The position numbers and the translations under genes are program-made. 64,000 nucleotides of DNA, from contig JAHLWS010000067.1 of assembly GCA_019057795.1 (NCBI GenBank), positions 16,984 through 80,983 of the forward strand, given 5' to 3'. A model generated the notes under the pieces. That model was not told where the DNA came from. It saw only the letters and a program-made list of their open reading frames with translations, and searched no databases. This DNA is from Promethearchaeota archaeon. GTDB lineage: Archaea; Asgardarchaeota; Lokiarchaeia; Sigyniarchaeales; SOKP01. Each line of letters opens with the position of its first letter. The first letter of the stretch is position 1. Positions 49,822-59,610 of the stretch are shown here, piece after piece.

Positions 49822-50910
49822 ATGCTTGATCCCTGGGGTTCCTCTGGTCCTACAAAAGATGAGGATTACGAGAGAATAAAAAAAGAGTTTGGAATTGAAG
49901 AAATAGACGAAGTGATTCGCCAAAAATTAATTAAAAATAGATTTATTCGGAGAAAAATTATTTTTGGGCATCGTGATTTGGGTTTAGTAATAAGTGCAAT
50001 CGAAAAAAAACAACCATGGGCTGTAATGAGTGGAATAAAACCATCTGGGTCATTTCATCTAGGAACCTCAACTACTGCCTTAGAAATTATTGATTTTCAA
50101 AAAATGGGAGGGAAGGCGTATTATTGTATAGCAGATATTGAATCTTGGGAGGATAATGGAATTACGTACGAAGAGGCAGAACCAATTGCTGTTGATAATC
50201 TTGCAGACATATTAGCACTTGGTTTAGATCCTTCACCTGATAAAGCATATATTTGGAGGCAATCAAAAGAACCTATTGTTAAAGATGTATGCTTTAAAGT
50301 AAGTAGATTGGTAACTCAAAACATGTTAAACGCAATTTACGGAGAGAAGACATTTGGGCTTTATTTATCCGCGCTAGTTCAAACCGGAGATATCATAATT
50401 CCTCAGATTTTAGAGGGTCCACAGCCAGTTATAGTCCCCGTAGGGATCGATCAAGATCCACACTTAAGACTTACTAGGGATCTTACGCGACGATATTACA
50501 AAACATTTTTCTTACCAGGAGCGACTTATCATTACTTATTAGCAGGCATAGACGGATCAGAAAAAATGGCAAAAAGAAACCCTAATAGTTATTTTACATT
50601 TAACGAACCTTTAGAATCTATAGCGAAAAAGGTTAAAGGAGCTCTTACGGGGGGACGTAAAAACAAGAAAGAACAACAAGAACTTGGCGGTGAACCTAAA
50701 AAATGCATGATTTATAAAATGTTAATGTACCACTTTGAAGATGATGATGAGGTTTTAGCTGATGAATTTGAAAGATGCGTTAAAGGTGAATTAATGTGCG
50801 GAGAGCATAAAGCACAATGCATCGAAAAAGTTTTAAAATTTATTAAACAACATCAGAAGAAAAAGGAAAAACTAATTGATAAAGCTAGAGAGCTTTTAGA
50901 TATCGATTAA
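49822..50910 (+). CDS. trpS: Tryptophan--tRNA ligase (archaeal type)
   Basis: DPWG, FGHRD, PSGSFHLG, PVGIDQDPH, KMAK (KMSKS variant), TGGR, CGEHK. Confidence 0.9.
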   Translation: MLDPWGSSGPTKDEDYERIKKEFGIEEIDEVIRQKLIKNRFIRRKIIFGHRDLGLVISAIEKKQPWAVMSGIKPSGSFHLGTSTTALEIIDFQKMGGKAYYCIADIESWEDNGITYEEAEPIAVDNLADILALGLDPSPDKAYIWRQSKEPIVKDVCFKVSRLVTQNMLNAIYGEKTFGLYLSALVQTGDIIIPQILEGPQPVIVPVGIDQDPHLRLTRDLTRRYYKTFFLPGATYHYLLAGIDGSEKMAKRNPNSYFTFNEPLESIAKKVKGALTGGRKNKKEQQELGGEPKKCMIYKMLMYHFEDDDEVLADEFERCVKGELMCGEHKAQCIEKVLKFIKQHQKKKEKLIDKARELLDID

Positions 50911-50921
50911 TCGTTAATTCC

Positions 50922-50959
50922 CTACATCTACTTTTTGATGTAGATTTGATGGAAATCTA
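50922..50959. terminator. Overlapping hairpins between the convergent trpS and GTPase genes
   Basis: CTACATC-N8-GATGTAG (50922-50943) and TAGATTT-N5-AAATCTA (50941-50959). Confidence 0.35.
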
Positions 50960-50962
50960 TAA

Positions 50963-51892
50963 TTAAATTCGTAAAGTTTTCAAAATCTCTGTTAAATCAG
51001 AAAGGAAATCTGAAACTTTTTCTAAAAATTGTTCTTGTAATTTTTCTTTCATAACAACCGAGACAAATAACGATTCTTCATTGAGTTTTATTCGATGTAG
51101 ATATGATATTAATTCATTTCCAATTGATAAAAAGGTGGAATTCGTCTCATAAGATTCTTCTTGCATTCTTTTAAGTAAAAAGAGGTGTTCCTTAATCGAT
51201 TCGAGAAGCTCAATGTATACTTCTGGTTCTATAAAATCGTGGTAGAACTCACACATAATAATACCGTTTTTATCGAATACTATTAACGATTTACTGTCGA
51301 ATTCCTTGAGGTACTTTTCTAAAAGCTCAGAAAGTTCAAAGAATTTTTCATCAAATACTGATAACCCATAAGAAATAAGTTGAACTATTGAAATTATATC
51401 GTAAATTGATGTTTGTTGGAATAATATTTTAAATGAGGGATATGTTTTTAGAATATTTTCTCTTAATTCTTCAATCTGATCAACCATTTCCTCGTTTCCA
51501 CGAAATTCGGGATCGAATTTATGAAAACTAATTATTAAAGGAACATCCATGTTATGCTCCTTGAAATTATGCATAATCATATCTAAATAAGCGAGAGAAG
51601 TTCCAATTCTTTTTGTATCTTGAATGTCAATGATATATACCATCAAATCAGTATCCCCAAAATAAAGCTCTTGTTTCTCTTGATATAACTTTCTATATTG
51701 CTCTTGCCCGCCCATATCCCAAAATACAATTTTGTTTTTTAGAAATTCGGTTGTTTGATATTCAACTCTAATCGTTGGTGTAAGGGAAATTATATCTTTA
51801 TGAAAGTCATATTTCTTATTTAACGCAGTTAATATCGATGTTTTACCCGCGTTATCTAAACCAGCTATAATAACCTTAATAAATCGTTCCAT
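50963..51892 (-). CDS. Arf/Rag-like small GTPase fused to a roadblock/longin-like domain
   Basis: GLDNAGKTS, PT, WDMGGQ, HKFD, TSIY; C-terminal LIVFDKNGIIM roadblock-like strand pattern. Confidence 0.85.
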   Translation of the reverse strand: MERFIKVIIAGLDNAGKTSILTALNKKYDFHKDIISLTPTIRVEYQTTEFLKNKIVFWDMGGQEQYRKLYQEKQELYFGDTDLMVYIIDIQDTKRIGTSLAYLDMIMHNFKEHNMDVPLIISFHKFDPEFRGNEEMVDQIEELRENILKTYPSFKILFQQTSIYDIISIVQLISYGLSVFDEKFFELSELLEKYLKEFDSKSLIVFDKNGIIMCEFYHDFIEPEVYIELLESIKEHLFLLKRMQEESYETNSTFLSIGNELISYLHRIKLNEESLFVSVVMKEKLQEQFLEKVSDFLSDLTEILKTLRI

Positions 51893-52141
51893 TATTGTGA
51901 ACCAATACTTATCCTTTTTGTAAACTCTTATTAAAAAAAAATAACGATAAAACCTTTTTTAAACGAAGTTTATAATGAAATTTTTTAATAGTAAGTGAAA
52001 TTCATTATTTTTAATCTTATGGTCTTTTTCTATTTTGCTTCCCAATATCTCAAATTTCTAATATTACATAAATGACACTTTAATTTTATAATGAGAACTA
52101 TTTTAATTTCATTAAATAGTAATTTATAAAAGTGGATTGAA

Positions 52142-52363
52142 TTGAACGAAGAGGAAAACCAATTTTTGGAATTTTTAAATTATCAAATAAATCAGAAAAA
52201 TAAATTTGAGAATGTAGTACGAAAGATTCCTATGTTTAAAAGCATGATACAAGAAGGTCATAAAACCATCTTAAAGATGATAGATAGATTCGAAAATATT
52301 CGCCGTCGAGAAGTATATGACATATTAGTACACGAATTTAATAATATGAACCAAAAGAATTAA
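52142..52363 (+). CDS. Hypothetical small protein
   Basis: TTG start with GTGGA upstream; fills an intergenic gap. Confidence 0.5.
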   Translation: MNEEENQFLEFLNYQINQKNKFENVVRKIPMFKSMIQEGHKTILKMIDRFENIRRREVYDILVHEFNNMNQKN

Positions 52364-52388
52364 TAATTTTTTACTTTTCTTATTTCAA

Positions 52389-52811
52389 TTATTCTCCTAT
52401 AATAGAACAGTAAATTTTTCTATGCCTACTTTTTTCGTCATTTTCTATGAAAATTACAGACTGCCAGGTCCCTAGGATTAATTCCTTGTTTTTAAATGGA
52501 AAAGTTTGAGATGTTTTAAGGAGAAAACTCCTTAAATGACCGGCTCCGTTATGATCGTGCCATGTTTTATGATGTGCATAATTTTTATCGTATGGAATTA
52601 GTTTTTCAAGTAGCTCCTTAATATCATGCTTAACTATTCCGGGCTCGTATTCAGTCGTGGAAATTGCTCCAGTAGATCCGGCAATGTGTACATTTACGAT
52701 GCCATCTTTCAGTCCACTTCTCTCAACCGCACTTTGTACTTGAGGGGTAATATTTATTACATCGCAATAAGCTTTCGTTTTAATTTCAAACATTTCTAAT
52801 ACAACTGGCAC
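52389..52811 (-). CDS. yjbQ: YjbQ/UPF0047 family protein
   Basis: GSTGAI, EYEPG, HNGAGHLRS, LGTWQSV. Confidence 0.9.
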   Translation of the reverse strand: MPVVLEMFEIKTKAYCDVINITPQVQSAVERSGLKDGIVNVHIAGSTGAISTTEYEPGIVKHDIKELLEKLIPYDKNYAHHKTWHDHNGAGHLRSFLLKTSQTFPFKNKELILGTWQSVIFIENDEKSRHRKIYCSIIGE

Positions 52812-52878
52812 GATTTCCTCTCCTTTTTCTTTCTTTTTAATAATAAATTTAATTAATTATCTTACTTTAACCTATTTA

Positions 52879-53298
52879 ATGAATGACAAGTTAAAGGAAT
52901 TTTTAAAAAAAATACACGATCCCAAAAATAATCTTTCAATTTACGCTACAATAATTGTACGTCCCGGCAAGAACATACTTGATTTAAAAATTAAAAAAGA
53001 AGAAGCAAATATTTTAAAAATAATTGTTCACGAAGAAAAAGGTACAGGCTGGTTTACTCATTCTTTTCATATTCCAATAAAAAATTTAGGACTTTCGGCT
53101 GACTCTAAAAATAAAGAGATTTTAGCAAAGTTTTCTAATCCAAATCAAATATCAAATAAAGCAACTAAAGCTTATGTTGAAGATATTCTAAGGAAATACG
53201 TTGATATTTTACCTGAGAAAAAGAAGCATTACTTTAAAACGCAGAGGTATAAGAAAAAGAAAGAGATGCAAACTGGCGTTAAATTAAAAGGATTTTAA
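52879..53298 (+). CDS. Hypothetical basic protein
   Basis: ATG ORF abutting the convergent neighbour. Confidence 0.65.
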   Translation: MNDKLKEFLKKIHDPKNNLSIYATIIVRPGKNILDLKIKKEEANILKIIVHEEKGTGWFTHSFHIPIKNLGLSADSKNKEILAKFSNPNQISNKATKAYVEDILRKYVDILPEKKKHYFKTQRYKKKKEMQTGVKLKGF

Positions 53299-53637
53299 TT
53301 ATTTTATCTTGCTCCCTGGTGGGATAACTTTTCCATTTCGCTCATCTATTTTTAACAAAAAAGGTTCGTTGTTAAAATCCGCAGCTAAAAGCATTCCTTG
53401 GCTTTCTAAGCCCATAATTTTTTTTGGTTGAAGATTCGTTAAGATAACAATCTTCTCGTTTATTAATTCCTCTGGGGAATAATAGCTAGAAATTCCTGTT
53501 ATAATCTGTCTCCACTTATCCTCTCCACAATCTACTGTTAGTCTATAAAGAGTCTTAGACTTTGTAATACGTTCACAAGTTTTAATTAATCCGACTTTTA
53601 AATCTAATTTAGTAAAATCTTTGTAATCTATTACCAT
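53299..53637 (-). CDS. tRNA-binding OB-fold protein (MetRS C-terminal/Trbp111/CsaA family)
   Basis: DFTKLDLKVG, RQIITGI, NLQPKKIMGLESQGMLLAA. Confidence 0.9.
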   Translation of the reverse strand: MVIDYKDFTKLDLKVGLIKTCERITKSKTLYRLTVDCGEDKWRQIITGISSYYSPEELINEKIVILTNLQPKKIMGLESQGMLLAADFNNEPFLLKIDERNGKVIPPGSKIK

Positions 53638-53643
53638 TATTTA

Positions 53644-54510
53644 TCAACCTCTTAAGGGCATTCCATTCAATTCGACAAATTCGTCTTGCTTTGGTTTCTT
53701 TTCTCGATATGGGTTTCTAACATCGTTGATTTTTCTGGCAAATGTCATGTAGCCCGTATGCCCAATCATTCGAACTTCTGGATGGGTTGCATTTTTTTTC
53801 ACTTGAAGTTTTCTTTTAATTAATTCGTATGAATTTATTTCATAAAATCCGTTTTCTTGTAGAGCAAAAGTTGTTTTTTTAACTTGTTCTATAGCAGGTG
53901 AAAATGACACAAAGGTTCCACTAAGTTTAAGATAACTCCTAATTTTTTCAACAGCCTTCCAAGGTTGTGGCATATCTAAAACGACTGAGTCAACGTTAGT
54001 ATGTCCAAGGTCGTCATTTAAAATATCTCCGAATTGAATTGAGACAAAATCTTGTAAATTTGCGTTAATAACATTCCTTTGAGCTCGTTTTAGACTTTTT
54101 TCTCTGATATCGTACGAAAATATATGTCCCTCGGGTCTTACATAATTTCCTAAAATACATGTTAATGCTCCCGAACCACACCCTGCTTCGATAACCTTAC
54201 TACCAGGACCAATCCCGGTATATATTAAAATTAACCCTGCGTCTTCCGGATAAATTATTTGAGTTTTACGGCTCATGTAAGTTACATAATCAGAAGGTAA
54301 AGGTTTAAAAATGTAGAATTTATATCCTTGAGTTTCATAAGGTCGAGAAAAGATTACAGAACCAAATGATTTTCCTATTAGATCGTCAAACTTTATGATC
54401 CCTTTATGTGTGTGAAATTCACCTCCAGATTCTACTCTGACCAACCACTTTCGCCGTTCATCAAGAATTAAGTAAATTAAATCATTTTCTTTTATTATCT
54501 CTTCGGTCAT
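53644..54510 (-). CDS. trmI: tRNA (adenine-N1)-methyltransferase TrmI/Trm61
   Basis: HTHKG, RKTQIIYPEDAG, EAGCGSG, LDMPQPW, GHTGY; start moved to ATG 54510. Confidence 0.92.
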   Translation of the reverse strand: MTEEIIKENDLIYLILDERRKWLVRVESGGEFHTHKGIIKFDDLIGKSFGSVIFSRPYETQGYKFYIFKPLPSDYVTYMSRKTQIIYPEDAGLILIYTGIGPGSKVIEAGCGSGALTCILGNYVRPEGHIFSYDIREKSLKRAQRNVINANLQDFVSIQFGDILNDDLGHTNVDSVVLDMPQPWKAVEKIRSYLKLSGTFVSFSPAIEQVKKTTFALQENGFYEINSYELIKRKLQVKKNATHPEVRMIGHTGYMTFARKINDVRNPYREKKPKQDEFVELNGMPLRG

Positions 54511-54704
54511 AATTAATCTCTTTTCCAAAACCCGAATTATTCCAATAATATCTAAATTTGTCTAATAATTTCGCTGTCATAAATTTTACAAAATTGTAAC
54601 TTTTTTATAACGTTTTAAATAAATATAAAATATATGTAAAATTGATTATAATCAATCATTGTTTATACAACCTTTTTTATAAATACTCGTTAATGATTTA
54701 ATCT

Positions 54705-55625
54705 ATGAGTAGTGCTAACAAAAATACAGCTCAAACTTCAAAAATCTCTTTTAAAGAACTTCAACTTCAAATTGAAGAATTTAGGCAAAAACGAGATGAT
54801 TTAAACAAAAAAACTAAAGAATTTATTACCAATTTACAAGAAATTGACGGTGAAATCGAGGACTACTTAAAAGTTGTGAAAGATGATTATAAGAAAAAGC
54901 GGGATTATTGGAACGATAAGGTAAAGAAATTAAAAGACAAAAAAATAGAATATAAGCAACTATTAGATAAATGCATCGATGATGGAAAAGCATTTTTGAA
55001 AACAAGCAAAAAGGGAAAAGATACAAAGAAATTTATCTCTATTAAACAAATTGATAAGAAAATCGACAATTTAGAAAGAAGAATTGAGATTGAAAATTTA
55101 GAGATTGTTGAAGAAAATGCAATTGTTGACAAAATTAGAGAATTAGTTAAAATTAAACATGACTTCTTGGATGAGCAACAGAACAATGATTACTTTAGAA
55201 TTGAGCGTAAAATCCAAATTGTTAAAATTAATTTAAATAAGATTTATGAGCAACTATCTAAATGGTCTAATAAATCTCAAAATTACCATACCAAAATGCA
55301 TGAAGCCTATGAAATAATTAACGAATTAAGAGAGAAAAAGAAAGCTCTTGAAGAAGAATTGATCGAAAATAAAAAAGCAGCAGATGCATACCACGAAAAA
55401 TTATTGCGAGTTATGAACAAGAGAAAAAAAATATCAAAAGGAAAACGACCATATAACTCCTCTCAAAGTAGGTCAAGAACGCCGTATATAAAGAAAACAA
55501 GAAAAAACGATGAGCTTCAAAAGTTAAAGCAAGAGAAATTAGCTGTTGCGTTGGAGAAACAAAAGGCGGGCAAAAAACTAAACCTATTTGAAGCTCGCTT
55601 AATCCTCGAACAACCGAAAGATTAA
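54705..55625 (+). CDS. Archaeal coiled-coil protein (COG1340-like)
   Basis: Long heptad repeats; EENAIVDKIREL, AD.YHE, GKKLNL.E C-terminus. Confidence 0.7.
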   Translation: MSSANKNTAQTSKISFKELQLQIEEFRQKRDDLNKKTKEFITNLQEIDGEIEDYLKVVKDDYKKKRDYWNDKVKKLKDKKIEYKQLLDKCIDDGKAFLKTSKKGKDTKKFISIKQIDKKIDNLERRIEIENLEIVEENAIVDKIRELVKIKHDFLDEQQNNDYFRIERKIQIVKINLNKIYEQLSKWSNKSQNYHTKMHEAYEIINELREKKKALEEELIENKKAADAYHEKLLRVMNKRKKISKGKRPYNSSQSRSRTPYIKKTRKNDELQKLKQEKLAVALEKQKAGKKLNLFEARLILEQPKD

Positions 55626-55847
55626 GTTAAGATTTAGGTTAAAAAATATTCCTTGTTATGATTACTTTTAATTGATTATTTCTTAATTTTCTTAATATGT
55701 TTTAGATAAATCTGATTGTAATATAATCCAAATTTCAAACATATAGATAAAATTCTTAGAAATTTGTCATAAGATTTAAAATTATTTGCATTTTATTATA
55801 ATGCAATAAGAACTTTAAAATTCCAAAAAAAAAAGATTTGATAAAAT

Positions 55848-57176
55848 TTGAAAAAGAAAGTCGAAGAAATTAGAAATATATTAATTAAACATGGTGAGTT
55901 CTTCCGAGAGGCAATCCCACTCATAGCTTCCGAAAATATCACAAGTCATGCTGTAGATGAGGCTTGTAATTCTGATTTTTCTCATAGATACGCAGAGGGG
56001 TGGGTTGGACAGCGTGTTTACGCAGGTTGTAAATATATCGATATGATTGAGGACATCTGTATGGAACTTGCAAAAGAATATTTCAAATGCGTTCATGCCG
56101 ATGTAAGGCCTATATCTGGCGTTGTTGCTAACCTAGCAATGTATAACGCATTTACATCAGAAAATAATGGTAAAATGTTAATAATGCCAATTCCAAAGGG
56201 GGGGCACATCTCTCACGCACCCAAATTCACAAAGAGTGGGATGGCAATTTATGGAACTGCGGGAACCGTACGAGGGTTGAATATTGAATACATGGCTTTT
56301 GATAACAATGAGATGAACATAGATCCTGATGCAACTTCAAAAATTATAAGGGAAGTTAAACCCGAAATGGTTTTATTTGGTGGTTCAGTGTTTCTTTTTC
56401 CCCATCCTGTCAAGGAACTTAGTGATGTAGCAAAAGAGGTGGGCGCTAATGTAGGTTATGACGCTGCTCATGTGGCAGGCTTGATTGGTTCAGGTTACTT
56501 TCAAGACCCTTTAAATGAAGGGGCGGATGCAATGACATTAAGCACGCATAAGACCCTTCCAGGGCCTCAACATGGCGCTCTTCTTTCAAATCGAGAGGAT
56601 TTAATCGATATATTAAGATCGTGTACTTTTCCTGCTTTATTATCTAACCATCACTTACATAACGTTGCTGGATTAGCCATAGCATTAGCAGAAATGTTAG
56701 AATTTGGTAAAGAATATCATAAAAACGTTATTAATAACGCTAAAGCTTTAGGTCAAGCTTTATATGAAAGGGGTATAAATGTACTTATGGAACATAAAGG
56801 TTTCACGGAATCTCATCAAATAGTTATTGATATAACTAATTTTGAGAAAATTATAGGTTTAGGAGGAGATATTGAAAGATTAGTAGAAGAAGCAAATATC
56901 ATCATTAATAGAAACCTCTTACCATGGGATATCGCGCAAGGTCGGCACTATCAAAACCCAGGCGGTTTAAGGTTAGGAACTTCAGAAGTTACCCGTCTTG
57001 GAATGGGCAAAAGTGAAATGGTTGATATCGCAGAATTTTTCAAAGATTTGTTGATTGACAAAAAGGATCCTAAGAAAGTTAAACAAGATGTATTGGAGTT
57101 TAGAAAGGATTTTCAAGAAATTAAGTATTGTTTTCAATCTCCAAATAAAGCGCATGAATACATGAAATTTTTTTAA
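55848..57176 (+). CDS. glyA: Serine hydroxymethyltransferase
   Basis: LIASEN, YAEG, GGHISH, YDAAH, STHKTLPGPQ, GLRLGT. Confidence 0.95.
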   Translation: MKKKVEEIRNILIKHGEFFREAIPLIASENITSHAVDEACNSDFSHRYAEGWVGQRVYAGCKYIDMIEDICMELAKEYFKCVHADVRPISGVVANLAMYNAFTSENNGKMLIMPIPKGGHISHAPKFTKSGMAIYGTAGTVRGLNIEYMAFDNNEMNIDPDATSKIIREVKPEMVLFGGSVFLFPHPVKELSDVAKEVGANVGYDAAHVAGLIGSGYFQDPLNEGADAMTLSTHKTLPGPQHGALLSNREDLIDILRSCTFPALLSNHHLHNVAGLAIALAEMLEFGKEYHKNVINNAKALGQALYERGINVLMEHKGFTESHQIVIDITNFEKIIGLGGDIERLVEEANIIINRNLLPWDIAQGRHYQNPGGLRLGTSEVTRLGMGKSEMVDIAEFFKDLLIDKKDPKKVKQDVLEFRKDFQEIKYCFQSPNKAHEYMKFF

Positions 57177-57271
57177 TTCATTTTTTTACTTTTTTTAACC
57201 TAAATAGTAAAATTTATCTTAAATTACATATTTCTACAAGTATTTATACAATATTTACAAAAGTATGATAT

Positions 57272-58120
57272 ATGAGTACTATGAGCCCTCTAAAACTCGA
57301 TGTTCTTAAAAAAAGTGAACATAAAATAGTATTTGTAACAGAAGGCGTTTCTATTGAAATGATTAATGCTATACGGCGAATAATACTAACTGAGGTTCCT
57401 GTTATGGCAATTGATGAAATAATCATCCTAAAAAATGATAGCCCGCTTTACGACGAGATTATTTCTCATAGGCTAGGTTTAATTCCTCTGAAAACAGATT
57501 TAGATGCATACAAGCTACCTCACGAGTGCGATTGTTTAGGATATGGATGTCCCTTATGCCAGGTCTCTTTAACTTGCGAAATTACAAATACAACTAATGC
57601 ACCATTAGAGATTTACTCGGGTGATTTAATTTCGAACGACCCTAAGATCGTACCAGTTGATCCATACATCCCAATTGTCAAGATTGATAAGAACGCAAAA
57701 ATAATTATTGAAGCTTACGCAATCTTAGGTTTCGCTAAAAATCACGCAAAATGGCAAGCAGTATCAAATGTGTCTTACAGACTTTATCCCATAGTTGAAT
57801 TTGATGCAAATGAGCTAAAAGACCCAGAGGAAAAAAAATTAATAGTTAAAATGTGCCCCGAAAAGCTATTTGAATTAATTAGCAATGATTCTTTAAAATT
57901 AAAAGAGGATTATTGGAAAACTTGCACTTTATGTATGGCTTGTGAGAAAAACAGTAATGGTAAGATTAAAGTAGTTCCAAAGAAAGGTGTATATATCTTT
58001 TCAATAGAGAGCGATGGTGTTTTACCTTTTGATGTATTAATCAGAAAGGTTTTCGAGATTTTTAACGAAAAAACTGATGAATTTGTTATGAAATTAGAGG
58101 AACTTGAGATAGAATCATAG
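57272..58120 (+). CDS. rpoD: RNA polymerase subunit D (Rpo3)
   Basis: NAIRRIILTEVP, DEIISHRLGLIPL, HAKW; CDC...GCPLC Zn motif and CP...CTLCMAC Fe-S insert. Confidence 0.95.
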   Translation: MSTMSPLKLDVLKKSEHKIVFVTEGVSIEMINAIRRIILTEVPVMAIDEIIILKNDSPLYDEIISHRLGLIPLKTDLDAYKLPHECDCLGYGCPLCQVSLTCEITNTTNAPLEIYSGDLISNDPKIVPVDPYIPIVKIDKNAKIIIEAYAILGFAKNHAKWQAVSNVSYRLYPIVEFDANELKDPEEKKLIVKMCPEKLFELISNDSLKLKEDYWKTCTLCMACEKNSNGKIKVVPKKGVYIFSIESDGVLPFDVLIRKVFEIFNEKTDEFVMKLEELEIES

Positions 58121-58316
58121 TTAATCAAGAATTTATTAAAATATCATAAATGTTACAGATTTATTTAAATAACTTTCTAATTCTTTTTTATTTTGATGTC
58201 GCATGTGTAGTCATCTAAGCCCTAATGTAAAAGACTTTCAAACAAATCGATAAAATATTTAAGTTTTGAGCAATTTTCAAGATTAATATTTTAAAATTTC
58301 AATAATTGAGCACAAA

Positions 58317-58673
58317 ATGAGCCATCGAATTACGGGACCAAGTAATTATTACAATCGGAAACTGATTAGAGAATTGTGGAAGACAAAAAGGCGAATTTGG
58401 AAAAAGGTTTCAAAAAAGCTATCAGGACCTAGGAGTAATAGAGTAGAAGCAAATCTCTACCGGATCAATAAAAAAACTAAAGAAAATGATGTTATAGTGG
58501 TTCCAGGCAAGGTATTGTCACTTGGCGATTTAGACCACAAATTAACTATTGCGTGTTTAGATTGTTCTAAACCTGCTCGAAAAAAAATTGAAATTTCAGG
58601 GAGCAAACTCTTGTCAATTGAAGAATTGCTTGAACAAAATCCTGAAGGAAAAGAAGTAAAGGTATTTTTCTGA
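58317..58673 (+). CDS. rpl18e: 50S ribosomal protein eL18
   Basis: IWKKV, NLYRIN, VVPGKVL, NPEG. Confidence 0.92.
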   Translation: MSHRITGPSNYYNRKLIRELWKTKRRIWKKVSKKLSGPRSNRVEANLYRINKKTKENDVIVVPGKVLSLGDLDHKLTIACLDCSKPARKKIEISGSKLLSIEELLEQNPEGKEVKVFF

Positions 58674-58697
58674 TAATTAAAAACGAGAGAGATTTAA

Positions 58698-59168
58698 ATG
58701 CAAGAATATCTGTTAATAGACGCAACAAATAAGATTCTAGGACGGTTTTGTAGTCAAGTAGCTAAGAAAGCGCTATTAGGTGAACAAATTGTTATAATTA
58801 ATGCTAAAGAAGCAATAATTAGTGGTACTAAACAAAATATTCATGAAAAATATTTATCTAAGCTCAATATTAGCACTGCTACAAACCCTAGAAGAGGACC
58901 TTTCTGGCCAAGGCGACCTGACACTTTCATGAGAAATATAATTAAAAAAATGCTCCCAACAAAGAAAATCCGAGGTAAAGACGCACTTAAAAGGGTTCAT
59001 GTGTATATCGGAGCTATTCCACACCGCTTCCAGAACAGGTATCAAAAGTTAATTCCTACAAAGATACCTAATGCGGATAAGCAAAGACTCTCGTACTATA
59101 ACAAATTTATTACCTTAGAAAACCTTTGTTCTCGAATTGGATGGAAAAATACACAAATTGAGGCTTAA
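58698..59168 (+). CDS. rpl13: 50S ribosomal protein uL13
   Basis: IDA...LGR, GPFWPRRPD, MLP. Confidence 0.93.
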   Translation: MQEYLLIDATNKILGRFCSQVAKKALLGEQIVIINAKEAIISGTKQNIHEKYLSKLNISTATNPRRGPFWPRRPDTFMRNIIKKMLPTKKIRGKDALKRVHVYIGAIPHRFQNRYQKLIPTKIPNADKQRLSYYNKFITLENLCSRIGWKNTQIEA

Positions 59169-59173
59169 ATACC

Positions 59174-59590
59174 ATGTCTGAAAGAACAAAAATAATTCAA
59201 TCTTCGGGTAAAAGAAAAACAGCGATTGCTCGAGCCGTATTAAAATATCCTGCGAAAGGACAGATTAAAATTAACAACGTACCTCTAAAAAATTATGAAC
59301 CGGATATTGCTAGAATGAGAATCCAAGAAGTTTTCGAAGTTATCGATCATCCCAAGTTAGAAAAATGTGATATCACTGTACGCGTAAAAGGTGGTGGAAC
59401 AATGGGTCAAACAGATGCCGTCCGTATTGCAATTGCTAAATCCATAAATAAATTTATTGGAACAAAAACTATTGAAAAAATGTTTAGAGAATATGACGAA
59501 TCTTTACTCTCGGGAGATTCAAGACGCACAGAACCAAAACATTTTGGTGGAAAAAAAGCTCGTGCTCGAAGGCAAAAATCATTTAGATAA
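59174..59590 (+). CDS. rps9: 30S ribosomal protein uS9
   Basis: GKRKTAIARA, GGG.MGQ, EPKHFGG, RQKSFR. Confidence 0.95.
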   Translation: MSERTKIIQSSGKRKTAIARAVLKYPAKGQIKINNVPLKNYEPDIARMRIQEVFEVIDHPKLEKCDITVRVKGGGTMGQTDAVRIAIAKSINKFIGTKTIEKMFREYDESLLSGDSRRTEPKHFGGKKARARRQKSFR

Positions 59591-59610
59591 TTTACAATTC
59601 TTTTTATAAT

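Noticed and set aside
50560-50580. KMAKR in place of KMSKS in TrpRS as a sign of inactivity
   Set aside because: Both lysines and the other motifs are retained; within normal variation
58121-58316. Possible tRNA between rpoD and rpl18e, as in some archaea
   Set aside because: No cloverleaf or T-loop GTTC motif; too AT-rich
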